Shown here piece by piece: positions 61,887 to 64,000 of a DNA stretch of 64,000 bases. The notes below the pieces were generated by a model. That model did not search any database. It had not been told where the DNA came from and saw only the letters and a program-made list of their open reading frames with translations. The stretch is from Planctomycetota bacterium (GTDB lineage Bacteria; Planctomycetota; UBA8108; SXIK01). Position 1 is the first letter of the stretch. Each line of letters opens with the position of its first letter. The DNA is taken from NCBI GenBank assembly GCA_965223265.1, contig OZ244999.1:8864001-8928000 (forward strand), given 5' to 3'. The translations under genes were made by a program, and so were the position numbers.

Positions 61887-63098
61887 ATGAAACCTGAACA
61901 GAGCGTGGTGATTTTCTCTCCGCTGTCGACTGCGTTCGCAGTTCTGCTGGCTTTCGTGGTCGTTTTCATGACTTCTCCGCAGATCCGCGGCGGCGTCTTT
62001 CAGGAACCCGGTCAGCCCCCGGTTTTTCTGATGCGAGGTGACGCCAACGACGACGTGGCGGTCGACGTGAGTGATGCGATCGCGCTTTTGAATCACCTGT
62101 TTCTGGCCGAGTCGCCACCAAACTGCGAAAAGAGCGGCGATGCCAACGATGACGGCGCGATCGATATCTCGGACCCGGTGTTCGTGCTCGTGCAGCAGTT
62201 CGTTGCTGGATTACCGGCGCCTTCTCCCTATGGGTTCTGTGGCGGCGACGTGACGATCGACGAGTTGACGTGCGAGGCTTCTTCCTGCGACGCCCCGTCT
62301 CCTGACGGCATATTCATCGTGTTTGACAACAAGAATGAGTGCCCGCAGGAGCCGTGTGAAGACCTGGACGCTTTTGATGTCGTGGTGCGCGGTGAGGTGA
62401 TCAAACTTGCGGCTGTGAGCGTCGACTACCTCCGGGACACGGCGGACGGCCTGTCGTCGGTCCACGACGAGGACGACCGACAACGCTTCTTGGACATCGT
62501 CATTGGAGACGACAGCGATTCGGTCGACAAACGAGTGAAAGGCGTTCTACAAAACATCGTCGGCCCGGGGGGGGTGAGTCAGTCGATGGTGGTGCTGGAG
62601 ATCGACCAATTCCAGGTGCAACCGCGCGACCTCGTAGTGAGCAGTTTTACGATCAGCAGCTGGAGCTTTCCGTTCAGCGGAGGGCTTGACGCCACCTTTC
62701 GCATCGAAATCAACAACATTGGTCAGATCGGCATCTTTGAGGATTTCAACGTCGACGTCGTCAGCGGTTCAAGCACGGTTTTTTCGACGCGCGTCACGCA
62801 GACCGTGTTTGCGAACCAGCCGATCGTGGTTTCAGAGACTGTCCACTTTACTGACTCCAAGATTGGGCAGACGCAGTCCTTTCGTGCCGTGGTCGATGTC
62901 GATTCAGAAGTCGCAGAGGACACGACGAACGACCTGTTCGAGTGTACGATAGACCCGGATACCTGCGTTGCGGAGACCAACAACGACCGCTCTCTCAACG
63001 TCGAGTTCCCCGGCTGCTGCGAGGTCTGCTTGATCCTCGGTCGTCCGGTCCGGTTTTGCTACTTCGCGCCCGATTGTGTCGGCTGCGTTGACTTCTGA
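61887..63098 (+). CDS. Secreted protein with N-terminal dockerin-like module and CARDB-like domain
   Basis: FLMRGDANDDVAVDVSD..C..GDANDDGAIDISD; RDLVV..INNIG..AVVDVDSEVAE..ETNN; Cys-rich tail. Confidence 0.75.
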   Translation: MKPEQSVVIFSPLSTAFAVLLAFVVVFMTSPQIRGGVFQEPGQPPVFLMRGDANDDVAVDVSDAIALLNHLFLAESPPNCEKSGDANDDGAIDISDPVFVLVQQFVAGLPAPSPYGFCGGDVTIDELTCEASSCDAPSPDGIFIVFDNKNECPQEPCEDLDAFDVVVRGEVIKLAAVSVDYLRDTADGLSSVHDEDDRQRFLDIVIGDDSDSVDKRVKGVLQNIVGPGGVSQSMVVLEIDQFQVQPRDLVVSSFTISSWSFPFSGGLDATFRIEINNIGQIGIFEDFNVDVVSGSSTVFSTRVTQTVFANQPIVVSETVHFTDSKIGQTQSFRAVVDVDSEVAEDTTNDLFECTIDPDTCVAETNNDRSLNVEFPGCCEVCLILGRPVRFCYFAPDCVGCVDF

Positions 63099-63334
63099 TG
63101 GCGGAGCTGGCTAAGAGGTTTCGTAGAAGACCTCGCGTTGGAGTCTCACGCGTAGCGGCGCGGTCGCCATTCTTTTGCTTCGCCAGTGGACCCTTTAGCC
63201 AATTCGCTGGGATTCGGGTCGCTCGCGATCGCGCATTTTTTCTGAGACGTTTTCGACCTCTCGGGGCTCTTTAGGGGTGAAAGAAAAACACACCGGGCCA
63301 AAGACGCAGCCCGGAACCAACACCCGGAGGATGT

Positions 63335-64000
63335 ATGTCAAGGATCAGGTTAGGGATCACGGCCGTGGTGGTGCTGGTGCAGCTGGGTGGAGCCATGGCG
63401 GCCGACGACTGTTTCGTGGAGTGCGACATGGCGTTCCAGGCGGGGATCGAGCGCTGCTCCCAGCCTGACGAAACCGGACAGGTGCCCGACTTCGACGTCT
63501 GTTTCCGTGAAGTGGAGCAGGCGCATTACGAATGCATCGAAGCTTGCGATGAGATCGTGGACCCACCGTGCGATGTGCAGTGCGCAGCGCAGCTCGAGTT
63601 GAGGCTCGAACGCTGTGCGACGCTGGAGGCGCCGGACGAGGCAGCCGAGTGCCAGGCCACCGCTGAATCGGACTTTGCCGGCTGCGTTCAGGCGTGTGGC
63701 GGCGACCCGGAGGATCCGTGTGAAGAGTGCCACCTCGCGTTCGACGCCGAGATCGTGGCCTGCCATGAACTCGGAAACGACGAGGAAGTCCACGAGTGCG
63801 AGCAGCGGGTGCACGAAGAGCTCGAGTCTTGCATGGTTGAGTGCGGTCCGGAAGAGGGGCGCTGTTTCCGCGATTGCGACATTGCTCTGCAAGCGGCTCT
63901 GGAGGCTTGCGTTGAAGAGGCCGACGGCCCCATCGATCCGAATGGTGAGATCGTCGATGGAGATGTCGACGGGGAATGCCAACAGGCCGCGTTCGACGCT
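63335..64000 (+). CDS. Secreted acidic Cys-rich repeat protein (partial, runs off the window)
   Basis: Translated by hand: GGAGG SD, then MSRIRLGITAVVVLVQLGGAMAADDCFVECDMAF..., open to the window end with repeated six-Cys units. Confidence 0.8.
   Translation, partial: MSRIRLGITAVVVLVQLGGAMAADDCFVECDMAFQAGIERCSQPDETGQVPDFDVCFREVEQAHYECIEACDEIVDPPCDVQCAAQLELRLERCATLEAPDEAAECQATAESDFAGCVQACGGDPEDPCEECHLAFDAEIVACHELGNDEEVHECEQRVHEELESCMVECGPEEGRCFRDCDIALQAALEACVEEADGPIDPNGEIVDGDVDGECQQAAFDA

Noticed and set aside
63719-63733. CEECH as a haem c site
   Set aside because: It falls in the Cys-repeat register, and the other units lack the His; probably coincidental.
63350-63982. 210-aa minus-strand ORF
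   Set aside because: The plus-strand frame has an SD, a signal peptide and regular Cys repeats, so this ORF is its shadow.

Overview
This is a GC-rich bacterial chromosomal window. Planctomycetota is the likely source, judged from the DUF1549/DUF1553-DUF1501 pair, LTD-CotH proteins, dockerin-like 'GDxNxDGxxxxSD' modules and PQQ-like propellers. It holds about 38 coding regions: lptF/lptG with long basic N-terminal extensions, DUF523, M48 peptidase, ggt, a MazG-like protein, a YdjC deacetylase and trxB. It also has a decayed corA::mscK deletion fusion, a five-gene transglutaminase / CP-ATP-grasp / alpha-E peptide-ligation cluster, a sulfatase, a VCBS protein, a CBS-ligD pair, NosP(FIST) with a hybrid kinase, a polyol/sugar catabolic operon, exoV-like, a 1494-aa haem/QW/HEAT protein, sppA and secreted Cys-rich proteins. 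I saw no rRNA, tRNA, CRISPR array or transposase. Four observations stand out. (1) The LigD keeps intact phosphoesterase and polymerase domains, but its ligase domain has lost the catalytic residues and the OB fold; it is translationally coupled to a CBS protein. (2) The intergenic regions carry a nested repeat system: GTAG-type REP hairpins, a 202-bp inverted-repeat-bounded MITE-like element inserted exactly in the REP loop, a second palindrome family and short tandem repeats. (3) A small ORF at 53088-53348 has its own SD and terminator. (4) A Cys-rich secreted repeat protein at the right edge is missing from the ORF track. All calls come from reading motifs by eye; no database searches were run.
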